A DNA stretch of 64,000 nucleotides from an archaeon (GTDB lineage: Archaea; Nanobdellota; Nanobdellia; Pacearchaeales; GW2011-AR1), in the NCBI GenBank assembly GCA_018697295.1, contig JABHTJ010000002.1, positions 162,955-226,954 of the forward strand. Direction: 5' to 3'. The notes beneath the pieces are model-generated. The model ran no database searches, was not told the DNA's origin, and worked only from the letters and a program-made list of their open reading frames with translations. The stretch's first letter is position 1. Every line of letters starts with the position of its first letter. This document shows positions 47,195 through 57,451 of the stretch, piece after piece. The translations under genes were made by a program, and so were the position numbers.

Positions 47195-47473
47195 ATGGTT
47201 ATTGAAGTTGAAAAACAATCAAAGGCGCTTGGTACCTTAAAGAAAGGAGATGCGTTTTTTATTAATGGGAAGGAAATGAAAGTTGATTCACATTATCTTT
47301 TTCAAAAACATAAAGATATGAAAGAAATGATTATTGAGGTTTTCAATCCTGCTAATGATAGAGAATATCAAGTTCGTTATTTTGATGATCAAATTGAATC
47401 AAGTATTGAAATTTATGAGTTGCAAGAAGATATACAGTATGTGAGACGTGAACCAAAGAATGTGGGATGGTAA
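47195..47473 (+). CDS. Hypothetical small beta-rich protein
   Basis: 92 aa; TTATAAA box about 22 nt upstream. Confidence 0.7.
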   Translation: MVIEVEKQSKALGTLKKGDAFFINGKEMKVDSHYLFQKHKDMKEMIIEVFNPANDREYQVRYFDDQIESSIEIYELQEDIQYVRREPKNVGW

Positions 47474-47476
47474 TGA

Positions 47477-47568
47477 AATTTTATTGGAGGATTTTGTCGT
47501 GATAATTTTTTTGTGTACGTGAAGTACGCAGCAAAAATTCTAACTTAAAAATCCTCTCACTAAAATTC
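47477..47568. repeat. Long imperfect hairpin between convergent genes (terminator or MITE-like)
   Basis: GAGGATTTT/AAAATCCTC, AATTTTT/AAAAATT, TGTGTAC-GTGAA-GTACGCA nested stems. Confidence 0.55.
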
Positions 47569-47596
47569 TATTATTTTGTTTTAATTAGATACAATT

Positions 47597-48028
47597 TTAT
47601 TCAACTTTAACTTCTTCTGCTGGAACTTCTGCCGGAGCAAATAAACTATCAAACTTTTTAGCACCTTCTTTGATAACTTTTGTATTAATTTGGACTGTGT
47701 CTAAAGAAATTTCTTTTCCTCTGACTGTTTTTCTTAATCGTAATCCTTTTGGTCGTGTGCTTTTCTTTTTCTCTCCTTTTGGCTTTCGTTTCATTCCCTT
47801 ACCATATCCAAGAAGTGCTCGTTTCATGTTTGGGCCGTCGATTTCTTCAAGTCCCGTGAATCCTGATTTATCTGACGTTCCAGTAATTTCGATTTCATAA
47901 TCTTTTAAGTCTTCTGAGATCTCGGCTCCATCGATTTTTTCTCCGATTGAATGTCCGACTAACTTTTCGTCTTCAGTTTCTACTTTGAATGTCTTCCCAT
48001 TATGAGACACATTAATTTTGAATGCCAT
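47597..48028 (-). CDS. rps6e: 30S ribosomal protein eS6
   Basis: FKINVS, EITGTSDKSGF, GLRLRKTVRG, QIN. Confidence 0.93.
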   Translation of the reverse strand: MAFKINVSHNGKTFKVETEDEKLVGHSIGEKIDGAEISEDLKDYEIEITGTSDKSGFTGLEEIDGPNMKRALLGYGKGMKRKPKGEKKKSTRPKGLRLRKTVRGKEISLDTVQINTKVIKEGAKKFDSLFAPAEVPAEEVKVE

Positions 48029-48172
48029 AGTAGGTTAGTGAAAATTTGGTTTATAAAACTTACTGCGTTCAATTTTTAACTTTATTTTTATTAAAATAAA
48101 TTGGTAAAAGTTTTTGCTGAATAGATAATAATCTTTAAATAAGGTGTTTTGTTTATATTTTTGGAGGTTAAC

Positions 48173-48364
48173 ATGGCAAAAAAGAAAGAGGCTTGTTGCA
48201 AGGGTGCTGCTGTCGGACACATATTTGCTCTTGTAGGATTTTATATTCTTACTTGGGGATTAATTGGTTCTGCTGGTTTTGGCGATGTTCTTAAAAGTCC
48301 AATATTTTGGGGACTTTTTTTAATTGGAATGTCTATTTGTAGCGCATCACAAAAACAGAAGTAA
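48173..48364 (+). CDS. Small two-TM membrane protein
   Basis: GGAGG RBS before MAKKKEACC; two hydrophobic segments. Confidence 0.7.
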   Translation: MAKKKEACCKGAAVGHIFALVGFYILTWGLIGSAGFGDVLKSPIFWGLFLIGMSICSASQKQK

Positions 48365-48437
48365 TCTTTTGTTTTATTTTTTATTTTTTATTTCGAAACT
48401 TTTATTATGGGTTGTTTGCTTTAGGTGTACTGTTATT

Positions 48438-48740
48438 ATGGTGAGAAAAAAATCTTGTGTTGAATCCAGAAATTCTTTTTCGATTACGCGGAAGAATCAG
48501 AGTTCTCACTCCAATTTTGTATATGTTGGCTTGATTGTTTTTATTGTAGCCTTTTTTACAATGATGGTTTTGGATGGTAATGGTCTTGGTTATATGACTT
48601 ATGAAGAACTTGTTTTTAATTCTCCAGGGGCAAGTCAATTTGAAGAGAAAACTATTGGGCCAGAGATTTTTTTTAGCGGTGGAGTTATTGCTGGGCTAGG
48701 ATTGCTTCTCCTGATTTATTTTTATCGGTTGAAAAAATAA
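48438..48740 (+). CDS. Small two-TM membrane protein
   Basis: MVRKK start fits TATA spacing; TM - VFNSP loop - TM - basic tail. Confidence 0.65.
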   Translation: MVRKKSCVESRNSFSITRKNQSSHSNFVYVGLIVFIVAFFTMMVLDGNGLGYMTYEELVFNSPGASQFEEKTIGPEIFFSGGVIAGLGLLLLIYFYRLKK

Positions 48741-48794
48741 TATTTTTGAAACTGTTTGAGGAATTTTTTCTTGAAAAGAATAAAAATAAAAAAT

Positions 48795-49001
48795 TTATTT
48801 TAGGTAGAATCTATAAAATGGTTTTGCTACCAAAATTATGAATGCTATTAAGAAGTGCCATGGATTAACTGAATGTACCCAAGTCATTAATGCAGGCCAG
48901 ATTGTTATAAGAAATAATGTTGCTGCTACAACAGACCCCTTGATTAATCCTAAATCCCACACATCTAATTTTTTTGTTTTTTTGTTTAGATATTTTATCA
49001 T
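48795..49001 (-). CDS. Small membrane protein (paralog of 49971..50186)
   Basis: KKLDVWDLGLIK...KPFYRFY; GGAGG RBS. Confidence 0.75.
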   Translation of the reverse strand: MIKYLNKKTKKLDVWDLGLIKGSVVAATLFLITIWPALMTWVHSVNPWHFLIAFIILVAKPFYRFYLK

Positions 49002-49093
49002 TTTAACCTCCTGCTGTTTATTTTGAGGATAAAGAAGTATTTATATTTTTTGGAATGCAGAGATATTTTTATTTTTTTAAATTATTTCTTTTT

Positions 49094-49891
49094 CTAGTAC
49101 TTTTTTTGCGAGATTTCTTTTCTTAAGATGCTGATGAGGTAGTAATCTATTGCACCTAGTCCAATTAGTGTTAGGATTACGATTGCCCATCGAAGAGTTT
49201 TATTTATTTTTTCTTCAATGGTTATGCTCCATGAACTTATAGTTGTTTCTTGTCCGTCGGTTGTTTCGAGAGTTATGGTGTACTCTCCTATTTCAAGATC
49301 ATTAAATGTATTTTTTGGCCCTTCTCCAGAGACTTGAACTCCGTCGACAAACCATGAATAGCTTAATAGATCTCCTTCGCTGTCAGTGGCCGTTACAGAT
49401 AAATTTAACTCTTCTCCGATTTTTTTTAAGATTGTGCTTTCATGATTTATTGTTACTGTTGGTGGATTATTGACTATAGTGTTATTTTCTTCTGTTGAAT
49501 TTTCTACAGTTGTGTTTGTTTCGTTAGAATTTCCATTTTCTTCCGGATTAATTGGAACAACATAAATAAATACATCATCTGTTTTTGAAACATTAGAATC
49601 GCTTACTTTTACAGACATGTTTGAACTTCCAAAAAAACCATCATCTGGAGTAATTTTTAATTCATCTATAGTTAGATTAATTCCAATTCCAATTCCTGGA
49701 GTGATTTCATATGTAATGTTATCTCCATCTGGATCAGTATAATATTCCGATAAATTAATTGTTAGGGATATTCCTTCTCTTAAGATAATTTCTTCGAATG
49801 TTTGGGTTAGCGTAGGGGCACTATTTGCCGAGATAACTATCGCTAAGAAAAAAATTATTGTACTGCTTATTAAGACCACTGACCTCTTCAT
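49094..49891 (-). CDS. Surface protein with Ig/PKD-like domains and C-terminal TM anchor
   Basis: Signal peptide; NSAP...DPDGD...; NNPP...DSEGD.LSYSW; C-terminal TM and basic tail. Confidence 0.82.
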   Translation of the reverse strand: MKRSVVLISSTIIFFLAIVISANSAPTLTQTFEEIILREGISLTINLSEYYTDPDGDNITYEITPGIGIGINLTIDELKITPDDGFFGSSNMSVKVSDSNVSKTDDVFIYVVPINPEENGNSNETNTTVENSTEENNTIVNNPPTVTINHESTILKKIGEELNLSVTATDSEGDLLSYSWFVDGVQVSGEGPKNTFNDLEIGEYTITLETTDGQETTISSWSITIEEKINKTLRWAIVILTLIGLGAIDYYLISILRKEISQKKY

Positions 49892-49970
49892 TTTGTTTTT
49901 AGTTAATTCAAATTATTAAATGTTTCTGATTTTGTATCATGTTTCGTTTCTGTTCTAAAATTTAAAAAAT

Positions 49971-50186
49971 TTATTGGAAATAGATCTTTCGAAATGGTCT
50001 TGTCACGAAAACAATAAATATTGCTAGAAAAACTATTGGGTTTGTTAATTGTACTAGCTTCATTGCAGGAGACCATACTTTTAAGAGGAATAATATTCCG
50101 GCAAAGGAAGAGAATTTAATGAAGACGATATCCAAAAATGTTAATCGTTTAATTCTTTGATCTAATCTATTCAAAAGTTGTTTCAT
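49971..50186 (-). CDS. Small membrane protein (paralog of 48795..49001)
   Basis: KRLTFLDIVFIK...RPFRKIY. Confidence 0.7.
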   Translation of the reverse strand: MKQLLNRLDQRIKRLTFLDIVFIKFSSFAGILFLLKVWSPAMKLVQLTNPIVFLAIFIVFVTRPFRKIYFQ

Positions 50187-50243
50187 TTTGTGATTAATAG
50201 GTTGTTTGGTCAAAGAGTATTTAATTGTTCTTATCAATTATTT

Positions 50244-50792
50244 TTATAGTTTTAACATTTTGTGATAGACTTCTGCTGTAATGTGGCAATCTGCTAGTGC
50301 GTCGTGAGCTTTTGTGTAATCGATGTCAAAATAAGTAGCGACAGTTTCTAAATTGCTTCGAAGATGTTGTGGGACTACACGCTCTTTTTGTAATTGTCTC
50401 CACAAGTACATTGTGTCAAGATGTTCGGTATGCAATTCAGATTTGCAGTTTGATTGATCAAATAATTCTCTTAAAAATCCTTTGTCGAAATGGAAATTAT
50501 GTCCGAGCAGCGTCGTTGTTTGTAAGTTGTTTTTTCCTATGAATGTGTTGATTGAATTACATGCATTAGCTGGAGAGATTGCAATTTTATTATGTTCTTC
50601 AATATTTATTTTATTTATTTTTAGTGCTGTAGGATTTACATTTCCCGATTCGTGTTTGATAAAAATATGGCCTTTGTCGAGGATTTGTAACTGTTTTTCG
50701 TTTGTCTGGATTAGTAAAAGTCCTACTGTTAGAGTCTTATTATAGCGGGGAGAAAGCCCCGTTGTTTCTGTATCTATCACTAATCTTTTCAT
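50244..50792 (-). CDS. DEDDh 3'-5' exonuclease (DnaQ-like)
   Basis: IDTETTG, GHNFHFD, LDTM, AHDALAD. Confidence 0.93.
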   Translation of the reverse strand: MKRLVIDTETTGLSPRYNKTLTVGLLLIQTNEKQLQILDKGHIFIKHESGNVNPTALKINKINIEEHNKIAISPANACNSINTFIGKNNLQTTTLLGHNFHFDKGFLRELFDQSNCKSELHTEHLDTMYLWRQLQKERVVPQHLRSNLETVATYFDIDYTKAHDALADCHITAEVYHKMLKL

Positions 50793-50895
50793 GGGAGAGA
50801 TTATTGAGTTGATTATTTAAGAATTGTTGTTTTTTGAGAATTAATTCGAGATTATTAATTGATTTTATCTTAATATTTTAATTGATTAAAAATTG

Positions 50896-52638
50896 TTAAA
50901 TTCCCCATGTGGGATTCAATCTTCTTTTGAGTGTTGCAATTTCTTGAAGAACTGTTTTTTCGTCTGAAGTTAAGAGATCTTTATTGTCTTTGAATTTTCT
51001 GAAATCTGTTTCTGAGAGGTTTGTGTATAAACTTTCTCCTACAGTTAGTTGCCTTTCAAAATTTACTCCTGGAATTGAAACTGCCACCTCTGAATTCTTT
51101 TCTGCTTTTCCAACACTTTTTTTATCTTCTTGAATTTCTTTTATTTGGCCGATTTTTACATCATCAGAATTTATGAATCTCTCTCTTGTTTGCACGGTTC
51201 CGCCATTCACGACTACTCCAAATACTGCCGGACTAGAATTTCTGAAGACAAAATCAAGAACTGTAATCTTTGCAATTTTTGGAAGTTCATCTAATTTTCT
51301 TTTTTCAATTTCTCTTGTTTTTTGTTCAGAATATTCTTCTAAATCTTCAATTAATTTGTAAACAACTTTGTTAGTGATTACTTTAATTTGAGTTAGTTCT
51401 TCAACATCTGTTTCATTTGCAATTTCTACATTGAATCCGAGAATTACTTTTTCTAGTTCGGGAAATGCGGCAGCCGTATAAATATCTTTTTTTGTGATTG
51501 GGCCAATTCCGGCTTTTAGGACTTGGATGTTGTGTTGTTTTAATAAGACTAAGAGTGCTTCGAGACTCCCGAGGGAATCTGCTTTTACGACGATTCCTGT
51601 TTCGTCAGTTTGAATTTCTTCCGAGATTTCATTTTCAAATTCTTCCTTAATTTCTTCTAAATTATTATTGATTGCTTGAAAAGGCATTCCAGGCATTATG
51701 TCTTCTTTTGAAATTATTTGTACTTTGAGTCCTGCCGCTGCATGAACTTCTTTTTTTGTAAGGTATCCTTTATTTAATGGGCGAGCTTCTTGCATTATTC
51801 TGGTTTTTGTTGTTAGGGTTTCTCCATCGAGACTTGCGATTGCGATTTCATCTTCTAATTTTAGTTCTCCGTCGTAGAGAATGCATTCAAGAAATGTTCC
51901 TGTGCGTTCTTTTTTCACTTCTAAGATTACTCCTTTTGCTGTTTTGCTTACAGTGATTTTTTCTGTTAGGAACTTTTGAGAGAGGGCTATAATCATTGCG
52001 AGGATTTCGGAAATTCCCTGTCCAGTTTGTGCAGAGCATGGGACGATTGCAACATTTTTTGTGAAATCAGAAATTTCTGAATACATTTCAGCGTTTATTC
52101 CGTGTGAATGGAGGGCTCCAATTAGTGTGAAATATTTTTCTTCAAAATTTTGTTTTACATTGATTGCTTGATTTCCTAGTGAATTTAGGAATTGTTTGTT
52201 TTCCGGAGTTTGCCATCCAGAAATATTATCAATCTTATTGAGTGCGATGATGAATGGCGTTTGATTTGCTTTTAAGATTTGTAAAACTTCTGCAGTTTGA
52301 GGTTTTATTCCGTCATTGATGTCGATTACCATGACTGCGATGTCTGCGAGACTTCCTCCTCGTTTTCGAAGATTGGTGAATGCTGCGTGACCTGGCGTGT
52401 CAATAAAAAGAAGTCCTGGAATTTCTAAGGGGATTTTAAATTTTTCCAGAATTTCTCCTGCCCTTTTTTGAATATTTTCTTTAGGAAGTGTCGTGAACGA
52501 GATTTTTTGAGTTATCCCTCCTGCTTCATCATCTTGAATTTTTGTTTCTCTTATCGCATCAAGAATTGAAGTTTTTCCGTGGTCGACATGCCCAGCTACA
52601 GTAACTATCGGTTGACGGATTTTTCTTTGAGTTGTCAT
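50896..52638 (-). CDS. infB: Translation initiation factor aIF5B (IF-2)
   Basis: GHVDHGKT, GGITQ, DTPGH, NKID, KADSLGSLEAL. Confidence 0.96.
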   Translation of the reverse strand: MTTQRKIRQPIVTVAGHVDHGKTSILDAIRETKIQDDEAGGITQKISFTTLPKENIQKRAGEILEKFKIPLEIPGLLFIDTPGHAAFTNLRKRGGSLADIAVMVIDINDGIKPQTAEVLQILKANQTPFIIALNKIDNISGWQTPENKQFLNSLGNQAINVKQNFEEKYFTLIGALHSHGINAEMYSEISDFTKNVAIVPCSAQTGQGISEILAMIIALSQKFLTEKITVSKTAKGVILEVKKERTGTFLECILYDGELKLEDEIAIASLDGETLTTKTRIMQEARPLNKGYLTKKEVHAAAGLKVQIISKEDIMPGMPFQAINNNLEEIKEEFENEISEEIQTDETGIVVKADSLGSLEALLVLLKQHNIQVLKAGIGPITKKDIYTAAAFPELEKVILGFNVEIANETDVEELTQIKVITNKVVYKLIEDLEEYSEQKTREIEKRKLDELPKIAKITVLDFVFRNSSPAVFGVVVNGGTVQTRERFINSDDVKIGQIKEIQEDKKSVGKAEKNSEVAVSIPGVNFERQLTVGESLYTNLSETDFRKFKDNKDLLTSDEKTVLQEIATLKRRLNPTWGI

Positions 52639-52711
52639 GAGAGATTTTAGAGAATTAAGATTAAAAGGTTTGTGGGGAAGGATTTTTTAATCATCTTATC
52701 TTTATTCTTGA

Positions 52712-53761
52712 ATGAAACAATATACTATTCTGAGCGATTCTGAAAAAATTTATGAACAAATGCTCTTGGATATAGAATCTGCTCGAGAAGAAATCTTTTT
52801 AGAGACTTATATTTTCGAGGATGATGCTATTGGAAGGAGCTTTCGAGACCTCCTTATAAAAAAAGTTCTTGATGGTGTTCGTGTTCGGTTGCTCATTGAT
52901 GCCTGGGGTTCTTCTATTCGGAAAAAATTCTTTAAGAAATTTATTGACGCTGGAGGAGAAGTTCGTTTTTTTAGGGAACTTCGTTATGCACTTCGATGGT
53001 TTAATGCGAATCATGAACGTAATCATAGGAAATTATTATTAATTGATAAGGAAATTTCTTATATTGGTTCAATAAATATTACGAAGAAATCCTTGAAGTG
53101 GAGAGAGCTTGTTTTGAGAATAGATAGTCCTTTAACTAAAGCTTTTCGACAACTTTTTTTAAAGACATGGAAATATTTTAATTTGTTTACGACGAAAAAA
53201 ATGAAGAAAATTTCTTATGAGGGTTTTGAAGTAATTCCAGATTTTCCTTCTCAAATTGATCGGCCGACTGAGAAAAGATATGGGCAGTTGATTCGACGAG
53301 CCAAAAAAGAAATTTTGATTGAAACACCTTATTTTATTCCCTCTCCTTTTATCCGAAAAGCTCTTCGAAAAGCAGTAAAGCGTGGAGTCAAGGTAAAGAT
53401 TGTTCTGCCTCATAATTCTGATTTGAGATTAGTTGATGTTCTTCGAGATAGGACTCTTGGGAAGTTATATCGGATGGGAGTTAAGATGTTTTATTATCCA
53501 AAAATTTTACATTCAAAACTATTAATTGTTGATAATGGATTATTTTTGCTTGGTTCATCTAACTTAGATTATCGAAGTTTTATCCATCAATATGAAGTTA
53601 ATCTTCTTGGACGTGATAAGGAAATTTTGAAAGATTTAAAAGATTATTTTGAGGAGAATTTGAAAATATCAAAACCTTTTGATTATTCTGTTTGGAAAAA
53701 GAGAACTTTAAAGAGTCGTTTTGTTGGAAGAATTTTGCATATTATTCGTGAATTGTTTTGA
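52712..53761 (+). CDS. Phospholipase D / cardiolipin synthase-like protein
   Basis: Two HKD motifs (NHRKLLLID, LHSKLLIVD), TPYFIP, GSSNLDYRS. Confidence 0.9.
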   Translation: MKQYTILSDSEKIYEQMLLDIESAREEIFLETYIFEDDAIGRSFRDLLIKKVLDGVRVRLLIDAWGSSIRKKFFKKFIDAGGEVRFFRELRYALRWFNANHERNHRKLLLIDKEISYIGSINITKKSLKWRELVLRIDSPLTKAFRQLFLKTWKYFNLFTTKKMKKISYEGFEVIPDFPSQIDRPTEKRYGQLIRRAKKEILIETPYFIPSPFIRKALRKAVKRGVKVKIVLPHNSDLRLVDVLRDRTLGKLYRMGVKMFYYPKILHSKLLIVDNGLFLLGSSNLDYRSFIHQYEVNLLGRDKEILKDLKDYFEENLKISKPFDYSVWKKRTLKSRFVGRILHIIRELF

Positions 53762-53797
53762 AGATAATTATATAAACTTCTTTTATTATATTGTTTA

Positions 53798-55342
53798 ATG
53801 AAGAATATTCCTTTTAGTAAAAAAGAGTTTGTGTTTGTAATGATTGTTGTTTTGTTGACGACGATTGTTTCAACAACGGCACTTTATTCTTATTATTCTA
53901 ATAATGTTAGCTTAGCACCTTCTTGGATTTCTTCTGGCTGGACTGCCACGAAAGCGCCAGGACCATATACGAAGGCTACTTTCGTTCCTTTTCCAACATG
54001 GAAACTTAAATGGGAATATTATCCTGAACAGATGAACCCATTAAGTGCAGGTGGATCTGCCCCTTGGTTAAATCCTTCTGGTAGGAATATAGCTCTTGGA
54101 AATAATGACGATAACATTTTTATTAAACGATCTTCTGGTTCAATAGTGGGGGTCCTTTCAACGCCAAGAATATTATTTGACGTTAATAGTCCTATTCCGT
54201 TGTGGGAATCTAATCCTGTTGTGCCAAATATGGTAACTGAATTTGAATTTCCTAGTCAGGAAGCATTATCTTCCGTTTCTGCTGCTGCAAAAAATTCAGA
54301 TATTTTTGCAGTGATTGTGGCACAAGAGATTCAGAGTCAATTTTTTAATGAATATTATTATAGGTTAGAAGTTTATGACTCAGCCGGGTTTTTATGGGAT
54401 TATGTTTTTAGTTCTTCTGCGCCTTCGGGAAATTCCCCTAAGAGAATTAGTTTAAAAATCTCTGATGATGGAAGCAAAATTATCGGTATCGTTGAAAAAA
54501 ATACTTTTTCTCCAGATAGATTTGATTTAGCGATTTTTGATGTAAATTCTCAAACTCCAAATATTCCAACATTTACTACTTCTCTCCAATCTTCAATTTT
54601 TGGGACAGAAATATCTCAAGATTTATCGAGCGTTATGGTCGGAGGTAGTTCTCCCCTATTTTCTCACGTTTATGATGTTTCTACAAATACTTATTCAAAC
54701 TATTTTGCGAGTCAGTTTAGTTTATCAGACAATTTTCAAGATATTGCTATTTCGGATGACGGAAGCAGGGTTGCATTGAGTAGTTCAGCAGGACCTTTAG
54801 GAAAGGTTTTAGTCTATGAAAAACAGGGAACAAATTATATTTTGATTCATAATTATCCATTGCCTGGGCATTTTTCCTCGGAGATGGCTCGGACAATGAA
54901 ATTTTCTACGAATGGAGATCTATTGGTTCTTGGAGTTAGTAAGGGACTAATAGGTGATGATTTTTATGTTGAAGCGATTGATCTGAGTTCCTCTGGGATT
55001 GGGAACATTTTATTTACAGATATTTATGTGGGTGCTGGAACAGGAAATAACTTTGTGAATGCTATTGATATTTCTTTAAATGGGAAGATTATTGCTGTAG
55101 GGAATTTGGGAGATACGCTTGGTTCAACTTCGGAAATACTGATTTATGATTTGAATAGTCTTCAAGCAAATAAATTAGTTTTTTCCTATGATGTCTCCTC
55201 AAGTTATGGAGCCGGATATGGTTCTATTGTTAATCTTGATTTGAATGATGCCGGAGATTTACTTGTTGCATCAAATTATTGGGGGAATCTTGTTTCTGGA
55301 ACTGGCCCTTCAACCGGTGTTGTAGCCTTTGAATATAATTAA
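53798..55342 (+). CDS. Exported WD40-like beta-propeller protein (paralog B)
   Basis: TM leader; KISDDG, AISDDG, FSTNG, DISLNG, DLNDAG repeats. Confidence 0.8.
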   Translation: MKNIPFSKKEFVFVMIVVLLTTIVSTTALYSYYSNNVSLAPSWISSGWTATKAPGPYTKATFVPFPTWKLKWEYYPEQMNPLSAGGSAPWLNPSGRNIALGNNDDNIFIKRSSGSIVGVLSTPRILFDVNSPIPLWESNPVVPNMVTEFEFPSQEALSSVSAAAKNSDIFAVIVAQEIQSQFFNEYYYRLEVYDSAGFLWDYVFSSSAPSGNSPKRISLKISDDGSKIIGIVEKNTFSPDRFDLAIFDVNSQTPNIPTFTTSLQSSIFGTEISQDLSSVMVGGSSPLFSHVYDVSTNTYSNYFASQFSLSDNFQDIAISDDGSRVALSSSAGPLGKVLVYEKQGTNYILIHNYPLPGHFSSEMARTMKFSTNGDLLVLGVSKGLIGDDFYVEAIDLSSSGIGNILFTDIYVGAGTGNNFVNAIDISLNGKIIAVGNLGDTLGSTSEILIYDLNSLQANKLVFSYDVSSSYGAGYGSIVNLDLNDAGDLLVASNYWGNLVSGTGPSTGVVAFEYN

Positions 55343-55427
55343 TTTTTAGGAGATTATTTTATTTGTGATTTGGACTTTTTTTGATAAAATTTAAATAGTT
55401 TGATATCCCTTAGTTTTGAGGTGATTT

Positions 55428-55817
55428 ATGGTTATAAAAAAAGTTGGTTCTGGAAAATTCTATCATGTGATTGTTCGGCCAAAATCACAATTTGTTATGT
55501 TTCGTAATCATGATGTTGGAAGAAAAGGTCATGTTGAGCGGTTGGCTGGAAAACGAAAAAATGGGAACTGGGCGACACACTCCTGGTTGATTGATAAGCG
55601 AGAAGCAGATATTATTCGAAACGTTCTTGTTGGAAAAAATGCTGCTGTTAGAAATGTTCTTTCGAGATTGAGAAGAAAACCTGTTTGGAAAAATGGGGAT
55701 GTTTTTACTGCAGGTCCTGAGATTAATATTCGAGAAGTTGATAAGCCGACTCCTGCTATGAAGAATGCGTGGAAGAAAAATATTGGGAAAGTGCAAAAGG
55801 TAAGGGTGAAGAAATAA
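55428..55817 (+). CDS. Hypothetical basic protein
   Basis: GAGGTG RBS; 129 aa, K/R rich. Confidence 0.75.
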   Translation: MVIKKVGSGKFYHVIVRPKSQFVMFRNHDVGRKGHVERLAGKRKNGNWATHSWLIDKREADIIRNVLVGKNAAVRNVLSRLRRKPVWKNGDVFTAGPEINIREVDKPTPAMKNAWKKNIGKVQKVRVKK

Positions 55818-55869
55818 TTCGCCTTAGTTTTTTGATAAAACTTAAATAATCTTTTTTCTTGTTCGTATT

Positions 55870-57396
55870 ATGAAAAAGAAGGCTAATGGGAAAAATCTTT
55901 TGAGGAAATTAACTCAACAAGAAATTGTTTTCATTATTGTCGTCTCTATGTTGTTTTCTTTTTTGACTATTTGGTTTATTTCTGCTAACCTTGATGAAGA
56001 ATTTGGTTTGTCTCCTTTTGTTTTGGGTGGTGGAACTGCGACGAGAGTTACAACTCCTCAGGCTGGAATTAGTAGGGTTCCTATTGGTGGGCCTAGTTCT
56101 CCCTGGTCGAAAAAATGGCAGTGGGAATATCCTGGTTATGTCTATCTTGACGGACCTGAAGGTCAGTTGGTTGCGATTGGAAATGGAGACTCGAAGGTTT
56201 TTTTAAAAATGGAATACGATCAATTTCCCGAAACATTATTTGATGTAGTTAATGGTGACCCTGCAACTCCCTTATTTAATTATGATTATATTCCTCCTTT
56301 CGGAGGAAGTGATGAGGGTTTAGCAGTTGATGCTTCTGAAATTAGCGATATTTTTGCAACAGTAGTTTATCGAAAAGATGGATTTTCTGGACCTTCAAAA
56401 TATATTTTACGAGTTTATGATTCTAGCGGTTTTTTATGGGAATATGATTCTTTTGGACCTCCTTCATTTGGGTCTTCTTATGGCGCTGATATTGCTGTTT
56501 CCGGAAATGGAAATAAAATAGTTGTTTCAACTGCTACTTCGAGCTCGATAGAGATTACTGTTTTTGATTTAACATTGCCTAATCCTCAATTGTCTCCTGA
56601 TATAAGAAATCCAAATGTTCTTGTTTCTAGTGGGAAATCAATTATTTCGAAGGATTTATCCACTATTCTTTTGATGTCTGGAATTTGGTATGACGTTTAT
56701 GATGTTTCAACAGATTCTTTGATATCAATTTTTTCAGCTTCCTCTTCCGAGTTTCAAAGTAACTTAATTGGTGGAATTTCTTCGGATGGAAATCTTATTG
56801 CAATTCAAACATTAAATGGGAGTTTTTCTACTGGAATTGATTATGGAATTAATTTTTATGAAAAGCAAGGGAATTCTTATATTCATTCTGGTTGGATTGG
56901 AGGTCCTATAAGTTCTGTTAATTTTGGTCCTTTAGTGATCTCAGATGATAAATCAACCTTTGCTACAGGATGGTCTGGAGTTGCTGGAGGAAATCCTTAT
57001 GATGGATTTATTGTTCAAGCAATTGATTTGACTCCGGGATCTTTTGGAACTATTCTTATGCAAGATTCCTTGGTTGGAGATCAAAATAGTGGCTCACTTA
57101 CGAATCTTGTTTCTGCAATGGATATTTCTGACGATGGACAAATCGTTGCTGTTGGCTCACTTGGGGATGTGGCAGAATTGTTTGGAGAAGTACTAGTCTA
57201 TAATTTGGGAAATGTGAATCCTAGTAATCCTGAATTTAATTATCGAGCTTTTGAGAATGAGGTAGATGGCACTGGTTCTGTCCATGATTTGGATTTATCT
57301 TCTGATGGAAAGAAGCTAGCCGTTGCAGTGAGTGCAGGACATCCATTCGTTGGAGGACAAGATGGTGGTGGAGTATTCTATTTTGAAAGGGTTTAG
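55870..57396 (+). CDS. Exported WD40-like beta-propeller protein (paralog C)
   Basis: Leader nearly identical to that of 43749; body shares LRVYDSSGFLWEY-type blocks with 53798. Confidence 0.8.
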   Translation: MKKKANGKNLLRKLTQQEIVFIIVVSMLFSFLTIWFISANLDEEFGLSPFVLGGGTATRVTTPQAGISRVPIGGPSSPWSKKWQWEYPGYVYLDGPEGQLVAIGNGDSKVFLKMEYDQFPETLFDVVNGDPATPLFNYDYIPPFGGSDEGLAVDASEISDIFATVVYRKDGFSGPSKYILRVYDSSGFLWEYDSFGPPSFGSSYGADIAVSGNGNKIVVSTATSSSIEITVFDLTLPNPQLSPDIRNPNVLVSSGKSIISKDLSTILLMSGIWYDVYDVSTDSLISIFSASSSEFQSNLIGGISSDGNLIAIQTLNGSFSTGIDYGINFYEKQGNSYIHSGWIGGPISSVNFGPLVISDDKSTFATGWSGVAGGNPYDGFIVQAIDLTPGSFGTILMQDSLVGDQNSGSLTNLVSAMDISDDGQIVAVGSLGDVAELFGEVLVYNLGNVNPSNPEFNYRAFENEVDGTGSVHDLDLSSDGKKLAVAVSAGHPFVGGQDGGGVFYFERV

Positions 57397-57451
57397 ATTA
57401 ACAGTATTAAATCCCAATAATCCTTAAATATTGTCTCGGCGAATATTTTTT

